From: Octopus vulgaris
Taxonomy: Eukaryota
Assembly (NCBI GenBank): GCA_951406725.2
Contig: OX597825.1
Span: 6,386,001-6,450,000 of the forward strand
DNA: 64,000 nt
Direction of reading: 5' to 3'
The notes under the pieces were generated by a model. The model was not told where the DNA came from. It did no database searches and worked only from the letters and a program-made list of their open reading frames with translations. A program made the position numbers and the translations under genes. Shown piece after piece: positions 13,503-29,361 of the stretch; position 1 is the stretch's first letter; the number at the start of each line of letters is the position of its first letter.

Positions 13503-13822
13503 ATCTTTTACTTGTTTCAGTCATTAGACTGCGACCATGCTGGTGCAACGCCTTGAAGTATTTTTAGTCGAATGTATCAACCCCAGTACTTACATTTTTA
13601 TAAGCCTGGTATTTAATCTATTGCTCTCTTTTGCCAAATCGCTAAGTTACGGGGACGTAAACACACAAGATGTGACAAGCTGTGGTGGGGAGACGAATAC
13701 AGACACAAATACACACACACACACATATATATACATACGATGGACTTCTTTTAATTTCCATCTACCCAATCTACTCACAAGGCTTTGGTCAGCGCGAGGT
13801 TATAGTAGAAGACACTTGCCCA
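13503..13822 (-). mobile_element. SINE family B, 5'-truncated
   Basis: Reverse-complement match to family B. Confidence 0.8.
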
Positions 13823-15769
13823 ATGTGCTTTGGATGTGTAGGTTTCAGTGGAGTGGTAATTAGGCTTTATGGTGGTTGTTATGGAGTGGTGTTTTGAAGA
13901 AACTTTCATTGATTAAATTTGGAGTCATATAATTGTTTAGAATTGATTCATGATGTAGAACATTATAGGCAGGTGTGCATATTTAGGTGTGAATATTTAG
14001 ATAAGTTAATAGTATTTATGTGTGAATATTTAGATAAGTTAATAGTATTTATGTGTATCTGTATTTGTACATGTAGCTAAAACGGATCCCAGTCAACTGC
14101 AACGGTGAGGATGTAGCCTTAACGAAATTCTTTGGTAGAGTCAGTGTGGAGTGGTGTATAAGAATGCTTTTCCTTTCGAATTACAGGTACTATGCTTATG
14201 TGTTGAGAGAAAGAGAGGAAGGAGAGGGAGAAAGAAGGAAGGACAAAGAAAGGGTAGGAGAGAAAGAGAAAGGGAGAAAGGAGAGAGAGAGAGAGAGAGG
14301 GAGAGAGCGTGCAAAATTTTTGTAGCGATATTAACTTTATATCGCGACAGTTTCAAATATCGTCGTGTTTTCGTTTGCAATAATTTAATCAAAAGTTTCC
14401 GCCTTCGAAGATGTCTGCATTACGGTTCATCTTTGGCGGTTGTTTAGTTTAATGCAACGATGAATTCACATATGATAAATGCTTTCACAGACTCTTTCAG
14501 TAAACATGATCATTCGAAATGTTGGCGGTTTTGGCGATTTCGGTATTCTTCTAAATTTATGTCCGAAGAAGAGAATACAAGAATTAGAAACTCTCAACAT
14601 TAAACTAATCAACTGGACATATGGTAATTAGTCCAGACTATCTCATACGTGTGTGTGTGTGTTATATTTATGAAGTCAGATAAACTTAGATATGTTTGAA
14701 CAAGTCCTTCTATATTCACATAAGTATGTATGTAATGTATTTATGTATGTATGTATATATACATATACATACATGTATGTATGTTTATATGTACAAAAAT
14801 AGAAGCGTTTGTTTCAAACAGTCTGTTCTAATTTCACGTGAACTTCAATTATCGATTAGAGGATTAGTGGTGAGGCTATTTGGTGTTTCCACCAACAGAA
14901 ATTAGAATAATAGCAGACCATTTTATTATCAGTCACTGATTTAGTAGACAAGAATGACAGACCGAAGCCAAAGAAAATCTATATTGATTGAGAATATTAT
15001 TCTTCTAGATGACCCAAGGGCCAGGAAAATATATTTGGAAAATGGACTGATGTTGATATTAGTCTTTGTTTTTTTATAGTTTGCTTGTTATATGCTTTTG
15101 TATTATTTATATTAATGAAAAATTACATCAACATTATAAACTGAATTGTTGTGGAGATTATGTCTAAGGCCCATCAAAATATCTGCCATATTCTAAATAC
15201 GCTGCGCTCTCTGACTATTTCCCTTTCTTGCTGTATTTGCAACAGTTTCTCTCTCTCTCTCTTTCTCTCTCATTATCTCTCAGGTAGAATCGGCATGAGT
15301 AAGTGTGTGTGACAAGGCCGAACCTTCTGAATTATAATCTGCCTTACAGGCTTTTATATATTCAGCCAATACCATTCAATGTATGGGTCGACCCGAGACA
15401 ATAGAAAATTATGTTCGTTCACAATGCCACACAGTAATACCAAACCTGACGCCTTGTGGCGTATGTACCATTCAAATGACCAATTTTGGAGAATTTCTTT
15501 ATTCTTGTGATTGTTTCGCCCTTCTCATTTCGAGTTGGTACCAATTGCCACCAGGCAAATGGACTTCCTTTTTTTCTCGAGCGAAGATAATTTCAATAAA
15601 AGAATCTCTTTTGTATATCATTTAACATAATCTATGTATTGCTTCGACAATACATTTACTAAAAAATTGGAACGACGTAGAGAATATTTAACATAACTTA
15701 TACATAGTGTCTTTGCTGTTATTGACGATGTGACGGTGGTAAGATTTTGATCGTGGGTGGCGATGAAAG

Positions 15770-16043
15770 AGTCCTCTGACCCTGACTTTAGTCCAATATG
15801 TCTTTTGCCGAACCGCTAAGTTACGAGGAAGTAAACAACAAAACCAATTGTCAAGTGGTGGTAGATACAAACATAGACACAGACACACACACATGACGGG
15901 CTTCTCTCAGTTTCCGTCTACCAAGTCCACTCCCAAAGCTTTGGTCGGCACGAGGCTATAGTAGCACCCAAGGTGTTGCGCAGTGGGACTGATCCCCGAA
16001 CCATGTGGTTGGGAAGCAAACTTCTTACCACGCAGCTACGCCT
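15770..16043 (-). mobile_element. SINE family B, 3'-truncated
   Basis: Reverse-complement match to the family B head and body. Confidence 0.8.
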
Positions 16044-16499
16044 ATGTTAGTGATTTCTTGCGCTAACGAAATGAACTGAATTAATTGTATAAATTTTAAA
16101 AAAATTATCTAGTTTAACGAGATCCCTAGCATCAAACTCTTGGTCCTTGCGTTACTAATGTAGCTTGTCCTTCATAAATGTCATAACACAGGCAGAAATA
16201 TATACACAAGTATGCACTTATATAGGCACGTACGAACAATACATGTAGGTGTGTGTCTTTATGTGCGTGGGTGTATGGGTATTGAACCTTTTGTGATTTT
16301 GGCTTCTGATTGTCGTATAAATTATGTTAGGAATGTTCCAGCGGTCTTATGATACTGGGCTGAACTGTAAGGGCATCCCCCACAAAATCAGTGTACTCAG
16401 TTTTGTTGTTGAGTGAGATTGTTGGTTATATTTGATGTTGTCTGCTCTTGCTGGTACAAAGTGATACAGTAGAATTACTACTGAAATATCATCTTTCTG

Positions 16500-16962
16500 T
16501 CTAACTTAACGGGGATGTTGTGTTAGAGCACATCATACCTTTCATATGGACACATGGTGCATGAAAGCACTCATATTTATATCGTTGGCAGACGAGAATC
16601 GTTTGGAACGGGTGCCGGAACTGCCAGATCAGGTGATTTCACCTTGCTTGGGCTCTTCAGTAGTAGACGTCCGGTAGCAGCATATCAGCTGAATCTCACC
16701 GTTAATGATATCTAGAAATTCAGTGTCTTTTGAGACACTGATATCGTAAATAGCCAGCAGGCTTCTTAAAAAATAATTAATAGCGACAGAAGCAATCTTA
16801 ATATCCAACTTAACGTGAATGTTGTGTTAAAATACCGAATACTTTGTTATTTACCTTGAAAAGGCCTCTCATATGGAAGAATGGAGCATAAAAACACTTA
16901 TATTTATATCATTGGCAGACGAGAATTGTCCAGTAAAGGCGCCGGAAATGCCAGATCACGTG
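16500..16962. repeat. Diverged direct repeat pair (about 16500-16637 and 16806-16962)
   Basis: Both units contain AACTTAACG.G.ATGTTGTGTTA...ATATTTATATC.TTGGCAGACGAGAAT...GCCGGAA.TGCCAGATCA.GTGA. Confidence 0.75.
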
Positions 16963-18381
16963 AAACAAAACCATTTCCCTCAGCACTTGCGAACACTCAG
17001 AATAAATTATTTTTGTTGCTTTTATTTTTTTTCTAGCTAATTGTAATTTCACATATTGAGATATTTCAAATACCATTATTGTTGTTGCTGTTGCTGTTGC
17101 TGTTGGAGAGTCGCTTTATTCTTTTGTTCATATTTTTGCCAACTGAGACGATCTACTTGGTTGAAGACTCACTCACATGAATTATTTCCGTTTTGTCTTA
17201 TATTTGTTTGCGTCAAAACAATCATATTTAGCAATATAAAATTCAATACGCTTTCCTTTACAAACAATATAACTCACTTTTCTAAAGCATTTTAAAATAA
17301 AAAATACCAACAAATTGAACATAAAGTATTAAATAAAAGCTGATTATCAAGCGAAAACAAACAAATGAAGAGTTGGCACCATATTTGTTTCATTTTGACG
17401 CACCAGTGGGAAAAGTTCTAAATTTCTAAAGGACACAGAAACACGGCATAAAGTTTAAAAGCGATTTTCAAATTATTTGACCCGGTGATGTATTAGATTT
17501 TTCTAGTCTAATTAATTTTGCCACCAACAGAAAGCTAACGATTATTGCAATCGAACGGTGGCTGGTTTCTGTAATGAAAAGCATCAAAGTGCCAAAACAT
17601 CAAAGAAGCAAACAGTTTATGCTTACCTAAAAATGAAAGACTTACTGTTGACGTTTTATTGCATTTGCTAAGGTCTAAACACTCATTAAACGAGTTAGCC
17701 CTGAGTTGTTCAGCTACTTTTGGTGTCGTTAGCTCGTTTGGTCTAATTGGTTTAACTAGTGATTCGCCAGCTCATTTAGTGACCGTTTGTGTTGGTTGGT
17801 ACCATTATGGCTAATAGTAGAGAAACAGCATTGACTACTATAACAACTGTTGCTACAACTCGTTTCTTATTTGGTGTCGCTGCTGTAGGATTTACAGGCT
17901 GCAAAATATGGTAGCGTTTTGATGCTGTGGAAAAATTAGTTCTTCGAAATACGACTGACTTGTTTATGACTTCAGTTTAAATATATGAGGAGATAGATTC
18001 ATATTTTACATTTTTATCAACTGATGACTTAACATCATAATTATAGACGACAGGGTACCTTTGTAATCTTGGAATAAAATTTTGGCACTCCAGTTTACGA
18101 TGGCAAACTCCATATGCTTTGAAAATGCGAAACGCTTTTATCTCTATAATTAAAGTAGCAATTAATGTGGCTTAACAAGAAGCTCAAAGATACATAATTT
18201 TATCAGCTCTGATGAGTTCTATAGATGTCTTAATTAGTAAGTTGAAACTAGCATAAAACAAGAGAAAAGAGTTACTCGAAGCAGACTGGTGACCATAACA
18301 ACACCAATCTGCACAGGTCACTACCTTCTCTCACATATCTGAGCAACGGAAGCAGCTTTACTCCGTCTCCCATTTCTCCAC

Positions 18382-18420
18382 ATGTCCTGATGAAGGGGTC
18401 CTAATTCCGAAATATTGAAG
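18382..18420 (+). ncRNA. Decayed minimal hammerhead motif
   Basis: CTGATGA-aGGGG tcctaa TTCC-GAAA-TA-TT; the ATAT stem III could be CpG-decayed ACGT; stem I is weak. Confidence 0.35.
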
Positions 18421-18515
18421 AAATACGAGGTGGGAACTTTGGCATTAGTTCTGTGTTCGCCTTTTGTTCACTTTCATATTTCATTTCGCATTGTTTCAGC
18501 CTTAACAATTATAAT

Positions 18516-18645
<130 letters not shown>

Positions 18646-18758
18646 GTCTGTCTGTCTGTCATTCTCTCTCTATCCCTCTCTCTATTTTTCTATCCTTCCA
18701 TCCTTCCATCCTTCAATGTGTCTGTCTGTCTATTTCTTTATATATATATGTGTGTGTG

Positions 18759-18812
<54 letters not shown>

Positions 18813-18911
18813 GAGAGGGAGAGAGGGGGAAAGAGAGGGAGAGTGGGGGGAAAAGGGACAGAGAAATGGAGACACAGAAAGAGAGAGAATGAGAGAATGT
18901 GTATATGTGTG

Positions 18912-18942
<31 letters not shown>

Positions 18943-19272
18943 GCGTTTGTGCGCGTGCGTTAGCGCGTGAGTGCATGTGTGACAAAGAGATGTGAGAAGA
19001 TAATACAGAACTTGGAAGCCATGTTGTCTGGGTTCAGTTGAACAAGTCTCCCGGATCTGTCAATTCTGACAAATTATTAAGTTCCTTGTTGTTTTACGAA
19101 CAGATAACACGGATTAACAGTCTATATGTTTATAGAATAATATGAGTGGGAATGGTGGATGAATTGTGTTAAAAATACAATAAAATGAAGATTTATTAGG
19201 ATAAAACCTGTCATTTCTATACCTTCCCCTATGTACAATATCGTTTTATGTGAATATTATATTTGTCGTTAC

Positions 19273-19362
<90 letters not shown>

Positions 19363-19979
19363 AGAGGGAGAAAGAGTGGTTAAAGCTGAACTTCAACGCG
19401 TTGAATGGCCGTTGTTTTTTTAAAAATAAAAATGAAATAAAAATACAAACGGACTTTTCTCCTTGGGACGCAAATGATGTAAGGCGGGAAAAACGAATGA
19501 AGTCTATTTTATTAGTCCCTGTGGTCAATACAAAACTAGTTTCACGATTAACGTACAAGCTAAATAAATTGATTTTAAAAAATTAATTTAATTCAGAAGC
19601 ACATTTTTCAATCTTTATCTGAATACACCATATTTTAAGAAAAATATAAATAATTATAAAATGAATTTACCTTCATTTATCCACATCAATTCGTAACCCA
19701 AGGTATTTAGTACTGAAAAATTCTAATCTGTCGCTGGGCCTATAGCGACAAATTATGTATATATATATATATATACTCACACACGCGTGTATGTATGTAT
19801 ATAGATACATATACACACGCGTGTGTGTGAGTATGTATATAGATATATATATATACATGTGTGTGTGCGTACATGTATGTGTGTGTGTATACGTGTGCGT
19901 ATGCGGGTTCTATGAATGAAGTATTACTTTCACCATGCCTATTGGAGTAATTTCCCTTTATTTAACGGCTTTTTTCAAA

Positions 19980-20150
19980 GCGTTTTGTCTCAATGACTGA
20001 TAAGATGCCGGAGCAGACTTCAGACCCGGTATTCGAAACTCTTAGTTTTATTATGAGAGCCAGCTAATTTCCACATATTATATTTATAGATAAATTCCTC
20101 TATTTTACATAATATCGAGGTCTCATTCAGTCCTTTGTTGTCATATTATC
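19980..20150 (+). mobile_element. Single-arm copy of the 32590-32840 hammerhead-bearing repeat, with mutated core
   Basis: Collinear with the minus strand of about 32590-32750; core reads CTGATAA at 19997-20003 and GAAA at 20035-20038. Confidence 0.8.
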
Positions 20151-20151
20151 A

Positions 20152-20187
<36 letters not shown>

Positions 20188-20211
20188 CAATACATATATA
20201 TAATGTTAATA

Positions 20212-20289
<78 letters not shown>

Positions 20290-20299
20290 TAAATGACGT

Positions 20300-20575
20300 T
20301 TATGTATTTGTTTTGCAAGATTTCTGATCTGAAATCGTGTGTTGAAACAGTTATTGTTATATTTCAGGTGGTCATTTTTCTTTACAAATAACCACACACA
20401 CAATATACACGTTTTTTCACTTCAGTCTTTATTATTGTTCTTATTTTAGTGTCCTTTCTCTGAAATCTTTCGTCACACATCCTGTAACCTCTTCAGTGAC
20501 TCACCATCCCACGTGTCTCATTTCTAGGAGGAGACACATGAGAGGGAGAGTTACTGAAGAGGTCACAGAATGCAA
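20300..20575. mobile_element. Diverged fold-back, pLTR-like, with decayed hammerhead on the minus strand (about 20457-20500)
   Basis: Arms at about 20478-20519 and 20532-20572; minus strand TCA-CTGAAGA-GGTTACA ggatg TGTGAC-GAAA-GAT-TTC; 20300-20360 resembles 1890-1950 (TTTGCAAGATT...GTGTGTTGAA). Confidence 0.55.
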
Positions 20576-21641
20576 AAAGGGATAAAAAGTAGTCATCCCC
20601 AAATATATTATAAAAGTATATTTTAGTGCTTCGCTGATTATTTTCAAAATCTTATTGTTAGTACGTTGGGAAAAGCAAATGCAAAATTGAGGCCCTTTTC
20701 GTGAACCACCAAATAATTTTTCCTGAGTTCACAATTTGAAAAATTCCAACGAAAACACCTTGAAGCATTATGCTGAATTTATTTTTGTGCGTTGTAATCT
20801 AAATTCAAATCTTTTACGATTCTGATAAACTGCTCCAGTCTTTCTTCTCATTTTCCCTCCTTATTTTTATTCTAGACGTTTAGTCCCAAGTTAACAGCAA
20901 CGCAATGTTTTTCTTTGCTTTCGCAGGTGTTCTCACAACAATCAATATGCAACACTTTGAATAGAACAATTATCACATTAACCTTATAGATTTGTGTATA
21001 TACACACCAGATAAGGATAGACTAACATGATATAAAGATTGCTACTTCTTTTACAGACTATTACACGCCATTTTGTGGGAGGAAGTTCTATTGACTTTTC
21101 GACTCAGTTACGTCGTTCACTACACGTTAATTATCCGTCAGCATTTGCAGCTTAAGTTTACTTGACACATGAATACTTTTCACCAGAAGATTCCAAACCG
21201 AAAATGACTTTAGATAACTGATTTAAAGCCTGGAACGGAACACTGAATACTTTTATCGACACAGAAAACAATTAATGTGTCTAAATGTATGATCAGGTGT
21301 ATTAGAATAATTCTGCTTCAGTGTATCTATCCTACAATTATGTCAAGTTAATAACTGTAACAATGTATTTGTCAATCACTCTTACTGTTACCAATTGTGT
21401 AGAATATATTTCCCTGGGGAGGTTTAATAGAACTACGCTAGTTTCTTGCGCAATATCACTTTAAGGACCATTTCCATTCCCATCTGTATTATCAATATTT
21501 ACCCAATACTACAATTAACTGTTATTGGAATTATCATCCCCTCGCTTCCCCTTACTTTCCTCTATTTCTTCCTTCTCTCTCCTTCTTTCTTTCTCTTTCT
21601 CTCCACATACACAGATAAATGTATGTATGTATGTATGTATG

Positions 21642-21749
<108 letters not shown>

Positions 21750-21761
21750 AGACTGTATGTT

Positions 21762-21793
<32 letters not shown>

Positions 21794-21809
21794 TGTATGT
21801 ATGTATCTA

Positions 21810-21858
<49 letters not shown>

Positions 21859-23299
21859 GTATGTACGTACGTACGTAGGTATAATTGGTGAATTTGTCCG
21901 TCAGAAATGCTTATCTTCAAATCCGAAAGGATTTATTGATCAGAATTTACTCCTGACTCGAAGCAGTTGTAAATGTAATCTCTGTGGATTGAATACCGGT
22001 CAACTCCAAGAAACATTTCCTGATAAATGGACAATTCTGATATAAAAAAGCACATCAAAATGCCTGCAGTAGTTTTGAAATTCCAGCATGTATAAGGGGA
22101 GGTCAGAATCCTTCTATACGTAAATATTCATAACCATCATGATACTGATGATCAATTTGCAATTCTTACTAGTGTATTCTTTTATAGGCGATTTTCTGTG
22201 ATTTTAAGGCGCCGAAGTAATAGAATCGTTTATGCGTCGGAAAAATATTTTTATAAAAACAAAGGACTGGGTATCATAGTTAGATTAAGATCAAATGGGC
22301 CAGACGTAACAAAGTGATGAGAGGTGGAAAGACGTGTGAGTCAGGGCGCCTAAGTGGTTGTGGTATGAAACCAGCGAGCTCTGAGGATCAGAGACCAGTA
22401 TATTAGCGATAGAAAAAGGAGGAGAGGAAGACGAGAACATGCTTGTGGGATAGAAACTGAAACGTGTTTGGTAGTGATTTAATGTCAGTCGTTCGAGTGG
22501 ATCAGGGGGTCTGTAAACGTTTTAGCTGCTGCACTGTCACAAAGTGGAACCAATTTTCCAATATGTGCCTCACTGAGTTTTGTAGATTGTCAGAAAATTG
22601 TTGGTGACTAAAATGTGTCCGGCCCAAAGAGGAAGATTTAATTCTTTAGGGTATAGTCATGGCTATATTGAGGATGCACTTTTCGCCGGGAGGAATCCTC
22701 GATGACAGCGGGTGCTAGAATTTAGATAGAAAGACTGAGTGGCACTCGTCTTTATGGGGATAATGGAAGCAGTGAGTTGCTTCTAAGTCTTCCTGTCGAT
22801 ATTCCCAGTTCGTTCTTTCCACACTCAATAACTTCTGCTTCATACCTTAGTTAGCAATACTGCTTTCATGTTGCCTTCTTGTTTGATGTTTTCCGTACTT
22901 AGTTTTGATTTTAAATCTTCATTCTTCGAAAATGTTTTCTGGGAACATTCTTTATAATTTTATTACCTTCCAGTATCACAAGAAACTTATTTGCTTTTCC
23001 TGCATTTAAAAAGTTCTATATTTTCACCATCAGGTAGGTCCAGTCCACTTCATGATTTCCTTCCATTTCATCTCTATGAGAGCATAATTCTCGATTCCGA
23101 ATGTCGTCCGAATGTCATCAATCACCATTCTAACCGTTAACACTATTGTAGTATAGTCGTTTCCAGCCTTTTCCACAAACCTTTCAATTGTCTATCAAAA
23201 GAGAGTTCACTTTCCCCCTAATCTTTGTCAGAGAATACCTCTTCTTAAACTTTGATGAGTATAAGTGACAAGGAACCAATTCTATTTCAAACACGATAT

Positions 23300-23373
<74 letters not shown>

Positions 23374-23748
23374 CTTGAAGATTCCTCTACTAATCTGCTA
23401 ATGTTTCCCCTCCAGATGCTAGCTCTAATCCCCAATGATTCATTGTATTTTGTTTCAGACCTCTAACTTTCTTCGTGATATTTCTAGGCATCGCTCTGTC
23501 CAAGAGTGCCATATGCCCTTCGGTGATCGATCCACACGATTCATATATATGAGAATAGTAGATTTAAAGATTAACTACAGCCGGTGTCTTTAATCAATAT
23601 ACCACCCTCATGAAGATTGCCAGCCTTAGCTAAAATAGGCCAGCTGCACATGACAGCCGGTCGATTCAAAGGATCGTCTGTTATTGTTACACTGTTGTTA
23701 TTGTTACTCTGTTGACGAACAAACCTGTAAAATTAATTAGGAGACGTG

Positions 23749-23822
<74 letters not shown>

Positions 23823-23826
<4 letters not shown>

Positions 23827-24255
23827 GGCTTAGTAAAATAAATTACTTTGCCGCATACTGAACTCATTAGAAATAGCAGCTAAAAAACTTTTTTAAAAAC
23901 CATTTCTAATACTTAAAGAAAATCTCTCTCGTATAGTGCTTGGTCAACTCAACTCACGAAAGTTTGGGGGTAAAGACATAAAAAATCAAATGCAAAGGTT
24001 ATTTACCCCCAAACTTTCGTGAGTTGAGTTGACCAAGCACTATACGAGAGAGATTTTCTTTAAGTATTAGAAATGGTTTTAAAAAAAGTTTTTTAGCTGC
24101 TATTTCTAATGAGTTCAGTATGCGGCAAAGTAATTTATTTTACTAAGCCCTTTTATATATTGTAATAATTTGAATTCGCCTTAAATGGTCCCTTTGCATA
24201 CTGAACACTTGGTGAAATTAATTAATAATTAATTAATTTTACCCTCAATTGTTGA
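23823..24255. mobile_element. Near-perfect fold-back element inserted in (AT)n
   Basis: Arms of about 150 bp at 23823-23974 and 24002-24153, a ~27-bp spacer and a ~100-bp one-sided extension; (AT)n on both flanks. Confidence 0.85.
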
Positions 24256-24320
24256 AATATATATATATATATATATATACATATGCATATATACATACGT
24301 ATATGTACATACATCTATAC

Positions 24321-24359
<39 letters not shown>

Positions 24360-24361
<2 letters not shown>

Positions 24362-24540
24362 TATGTGGGCACAGGACGTCACAAAACGTGTACAACAAAA
24401 ATGTACGAAGCACAAATACATGGAACATGAACTATTCTTTCGAACAACGAAAAATACAAATGGAAAACAAAACAAACAACTTAAAGAACGACTCTTCATC
24501 AGTTGTTGGCTGTTTTTCTAGTCTCGTATTTCGAGTATTT
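24360..24540. repeat. Dispersed repeat family D copy
   Basis: Matches 8190-8370. Confidence 0.75.
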
Positions 24541-24555
24541 ATACACACACACACA

Positions 24556-24595
<40 letters not shown>

Positions 24596-24596
24596 A

Positions 24597-24627
<31 letters not shown>

Positions 24628-24853
24628 GTATAATTTTGTCTTTGGTTAAACGTTTTCATTGGCTGGTATCTAGAATTACTTTATTAAGACATAGTTGTCA
24701 TCGTTTAATTTCGATAGTATGTTTTCAATGGTCGATATCGAAATGTTTATCTGAATATCGTTTCCAGAGGTCGATTCCGAACGACTTCTATGCTTTTGTA
24801 TTGCAGATTCGCATCTTGCTTTTTTAACCGGTGCTGCAATATTCTAAATTCCC

Positions 24854-25457
24854 TTGTTCTACTGCTTCCAAATATGGTCACCACACAATATAAAATTAAC
24901 CGCAGAACTCGAAGCAATCCAACGAAGCTACGCTAAGATCGTCTCAATGCAACATATCAGCTGCTGGGAAAGACTGAAAACATTAAAACTATTCTCCCTG
25001 GAGCGAAGGAGAGAGAAATATGCAGTGATATACATCTGGAAAATCCTGGAGGGTCTTGTCCAGAATTTTGGCATTGAATGTTACCCCAACAGCAGAACGA
25101 GGCGCCACTGCATAGTGCTAAAGATCCCCAAATCACCATCAAAATACAGGTCCAGATACTGCAGCAGCTTGGGTTTCAAGGGACCACAGCTCTTCAATAT
25201 CCTTCCTCAATGCCTGAGAGACGTGCATGGTGTGGATGTGGGTTTATTTAAAACTAAACTGGATCTCTTCTTGTCAGGGGTTCCAGATGAACCTACCTCT
25301 CGGCAGGAAACACAGATGCGGGCAGCGGCATCGAACTCCCTTGTTGACCAAGTGCCACATATCATAGGTGGTTTCACATACTAGTGTAGCACATTCAGCG
25401 GTGGTGCCCCAGCATGGCTGCAGCTTTCGGGTTACAACATTTTTAAGGATTTAAGGA
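24854..25457 (+). mobile_element. LINE 3' fragment (CR1/L2-group ORF2 C-terminus and 3' UTR)
   Basis: ORF reads YCFQIWSP...LEAIQRSY...ERLKTLKLFSLERRRE...IYIWKIL...GPQLFNILP...FKTKLDLFL; ends in TTTAAGGA repeats. Confidence 0.9.
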
Positions 25458-25489
25458 TATATACATATACATACATACATACATACATA

Positions 25490-25552
<63 letters not shown>

Positions 25553-26157
25553 TATTATTATTATTATTATTATTATATATTATATATTATTATGCATTAT
25601 TATTATTATATATTATATATTATTATTATATTTATATAGATATACATAAGTGTATGTACATATACATATATATGTGTGTGTGAGTGTTTGTGTGTATATC
25701 TTTACACCCCCACCCCCAAATCTACCTAATACCCACAGACACATACACACGTACGCACGCATAGGCACACGTAGGAATACACGCTCCCATACGAACACAC
25801 GCACCAAATACGAAACGAGCGTAAGTGTGCCATATTATTTTATCCAATCACAAAACGTTATGTATATTAAGTAGGTCATATATTTTGTTACGTTTCGTGC
25901 AACTGTCTTCCATTTTCAAGTAGAAACCATAACGTTATCCTCTTTGTCACTAATAGCTTCTTCAGTCAAGAAATACAACTTGTTTTTCTCTTATGCACGC
26001 AATTTCCGCGAGAAAAGAATATAATACACATTATTACGGAAACAAAAGGAAAATAATGTGACTCAAGTGAAAAACACACTCGCTGTCATTGATTTATCAA
26101 CTGCTGCTGTATTTGAGAAGAAAAGGAAGACCAACAATTACAAATTCATCAGTATAC

Positions 26158-26790
<633 letters not shown>

Positions 26791-27209
26791 ATATATATGC
26801 GTAAACACACGCATACCACATAGTAAGATGCTGAACTAAAATATTTAAACATTGGTGAAATGTTAGATGGATGTAAGGGATACAGAGATGTAAGTAAGTA
26901 TGTACGTGTACGCGGCGCACGAGTGTGCAGGTGGTTATTGCACTTTAAGCGTCATATTTTGCGATTTGTATATAGGTATATCGAGATATATATGTCAAGA
27001 AATATGTGCATATATATACTTATATGCATATATGTACATATGCGTATATAACGAACATTCTTGCATGTACATATATTTATGTACATATTTATGTGTGTTT
27101 CATAAGTCCTGTAGCCTTAGATTTAGTGGTTGATAAAAAGACAAATAAATTAGATGAAGGATTGCTTGTAGGTACACACACAAATACACACACACAAACA
27201 CACACACAT

Positions 27210-27479
<270 letters not shown>

Positions 27480-27497
27480 ATATATATATATATATGT

Positions 27498-27912
27498 ATG
27501 CAGGCATGGTTGTGTGGTAAGAAGCTTGGTTCCCAACCGTACATAGTTGTGAGTTCAGTCCCACTGCGTGACATCTTGGGCAAGTGTCTTCTGTTATAGC
27601 CTCGTGTCGACCAAAACCATGTGAATGGATTTGGTTGACAGAAACTGAAAGAAGCCTGTCGTATATTATATCTATATATGTATATATATATGTCTATACG
27701 TACGTGTCTTTGTGTATGTGTTCGTCTCTTACCACCGCTTCACAACTGGTGTTTATGTCCCTGTAAACTAGCGAATCGGCAAAAGACACCGACAGAATAA
27801 GTACCAGACTTTAAAAACATAAGCCCTGGAGTCGAATTGTTCGACTATTACCCACAAGGAGGCGCCAGAGCATGGTGACAGTCAAATGACTGAAACAAGG
27901 GAAAGATAAAAG
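27498..27912 (+). mobile_element. SINE family B, diverged full length
   Basis: Collinear with 7687-8110. Confidence 0.8.
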
Positions 27913-28214
27913 ATGAAAGAATTGTGTGTGTATTGATGTGGGTCTGTCTCCTTCGTTATGTTCTAGGATTTGTATTGTATAATAATATAGAGGTTTGCTC
28001 TTCTATAGTTTTACGTAACGTTCCCTCTTTGTTGCACATATTTCAAATATAGAAAACACTGTCTTCACAAATTAACTATCATCGTTTCCATTTCGTTATC
28101 ATTCGTTGTTCTTTAACCAAAGATCGATTATATCGAATGTGTTCCAATTGATCCTGAAGCTTTTCAGAGTAAATGATGCATACATCAGAATAAACATAAC
28201 ACCTACATTCGCGC

Positions 28215-28655
<441 letters not shown>

Positions 28656-29117
28656 GTATATACACGTATATACACGCATGTGTGTGTATGAGCGTGTTTA
28701 TTCTGACGTGTATGTTTATATTTCTTTAAATTAATGTTTCCCTTATTATTATATGGAATCTTTGAATTTTTGTCTTTTTTCTCTAATTCACGGGACTTCG
28801 AAACTAGTAATATTGCTGAAGGCTACTCTTGCAGGTCCATTGTTGTTGTAGTTATTGTTAGGTTTATTACTTTGTAAATTTAAATTAAAAAAAGTTATTT
28901 TCAATGCTTTTAAAGGCTTAGAATATCTTCAAGCATTTTTAAAGCTAATGGCTTCGTAAATACGGAGAAATTTTTCTGCAGAATGTACACATATACACAC
29001 AGAATATGTGTGTATATGTGTGTGTATGTGAGAGAAAGAGAGAGAGAGACAGAGAGACAGAGTGAGAGAGAGAGAGAGAGAGCGAAAGAAAGAGTGTGTG
29101 AAAGGTGTCTGTATGCA

Positions 29118-29166
<49 letters not shown>

Positions 29167-29197
29167 CACATATGTATATATATATATATATATATAA

Positions 29198-29243
<46 letters not shown>

Positions 29244-29266
29244 GTATATATATATATATATAAATG

Positions 29267-29299
<33 letters not shown>

Positions 29300-29329
29300 G
29301 TATGTGTACATTATATATGCATGTGTGCC

Positions 29330-29361
<32 letters not shown>

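Noticed and set aside
15270-15305. Possible micro-exon (pyrimidine tract-CAG...GTAAGT); also an acceptor-like site near 20926
   Set aside because: Splice-like motifs alone are common, and there is no coding or transcript support.
18205-18255. CTGATGAG...GAAACTAGCA hammerhead-like motif
   Set aside because: Stems I and II do not pair convincingly and the cleavage triplet is missing.
22300-23520. Purine/GC-richer stretch suggestive of old LINE fragments
   Set aside because: No diagnostic RT or endonuclease motif could be read reliably.
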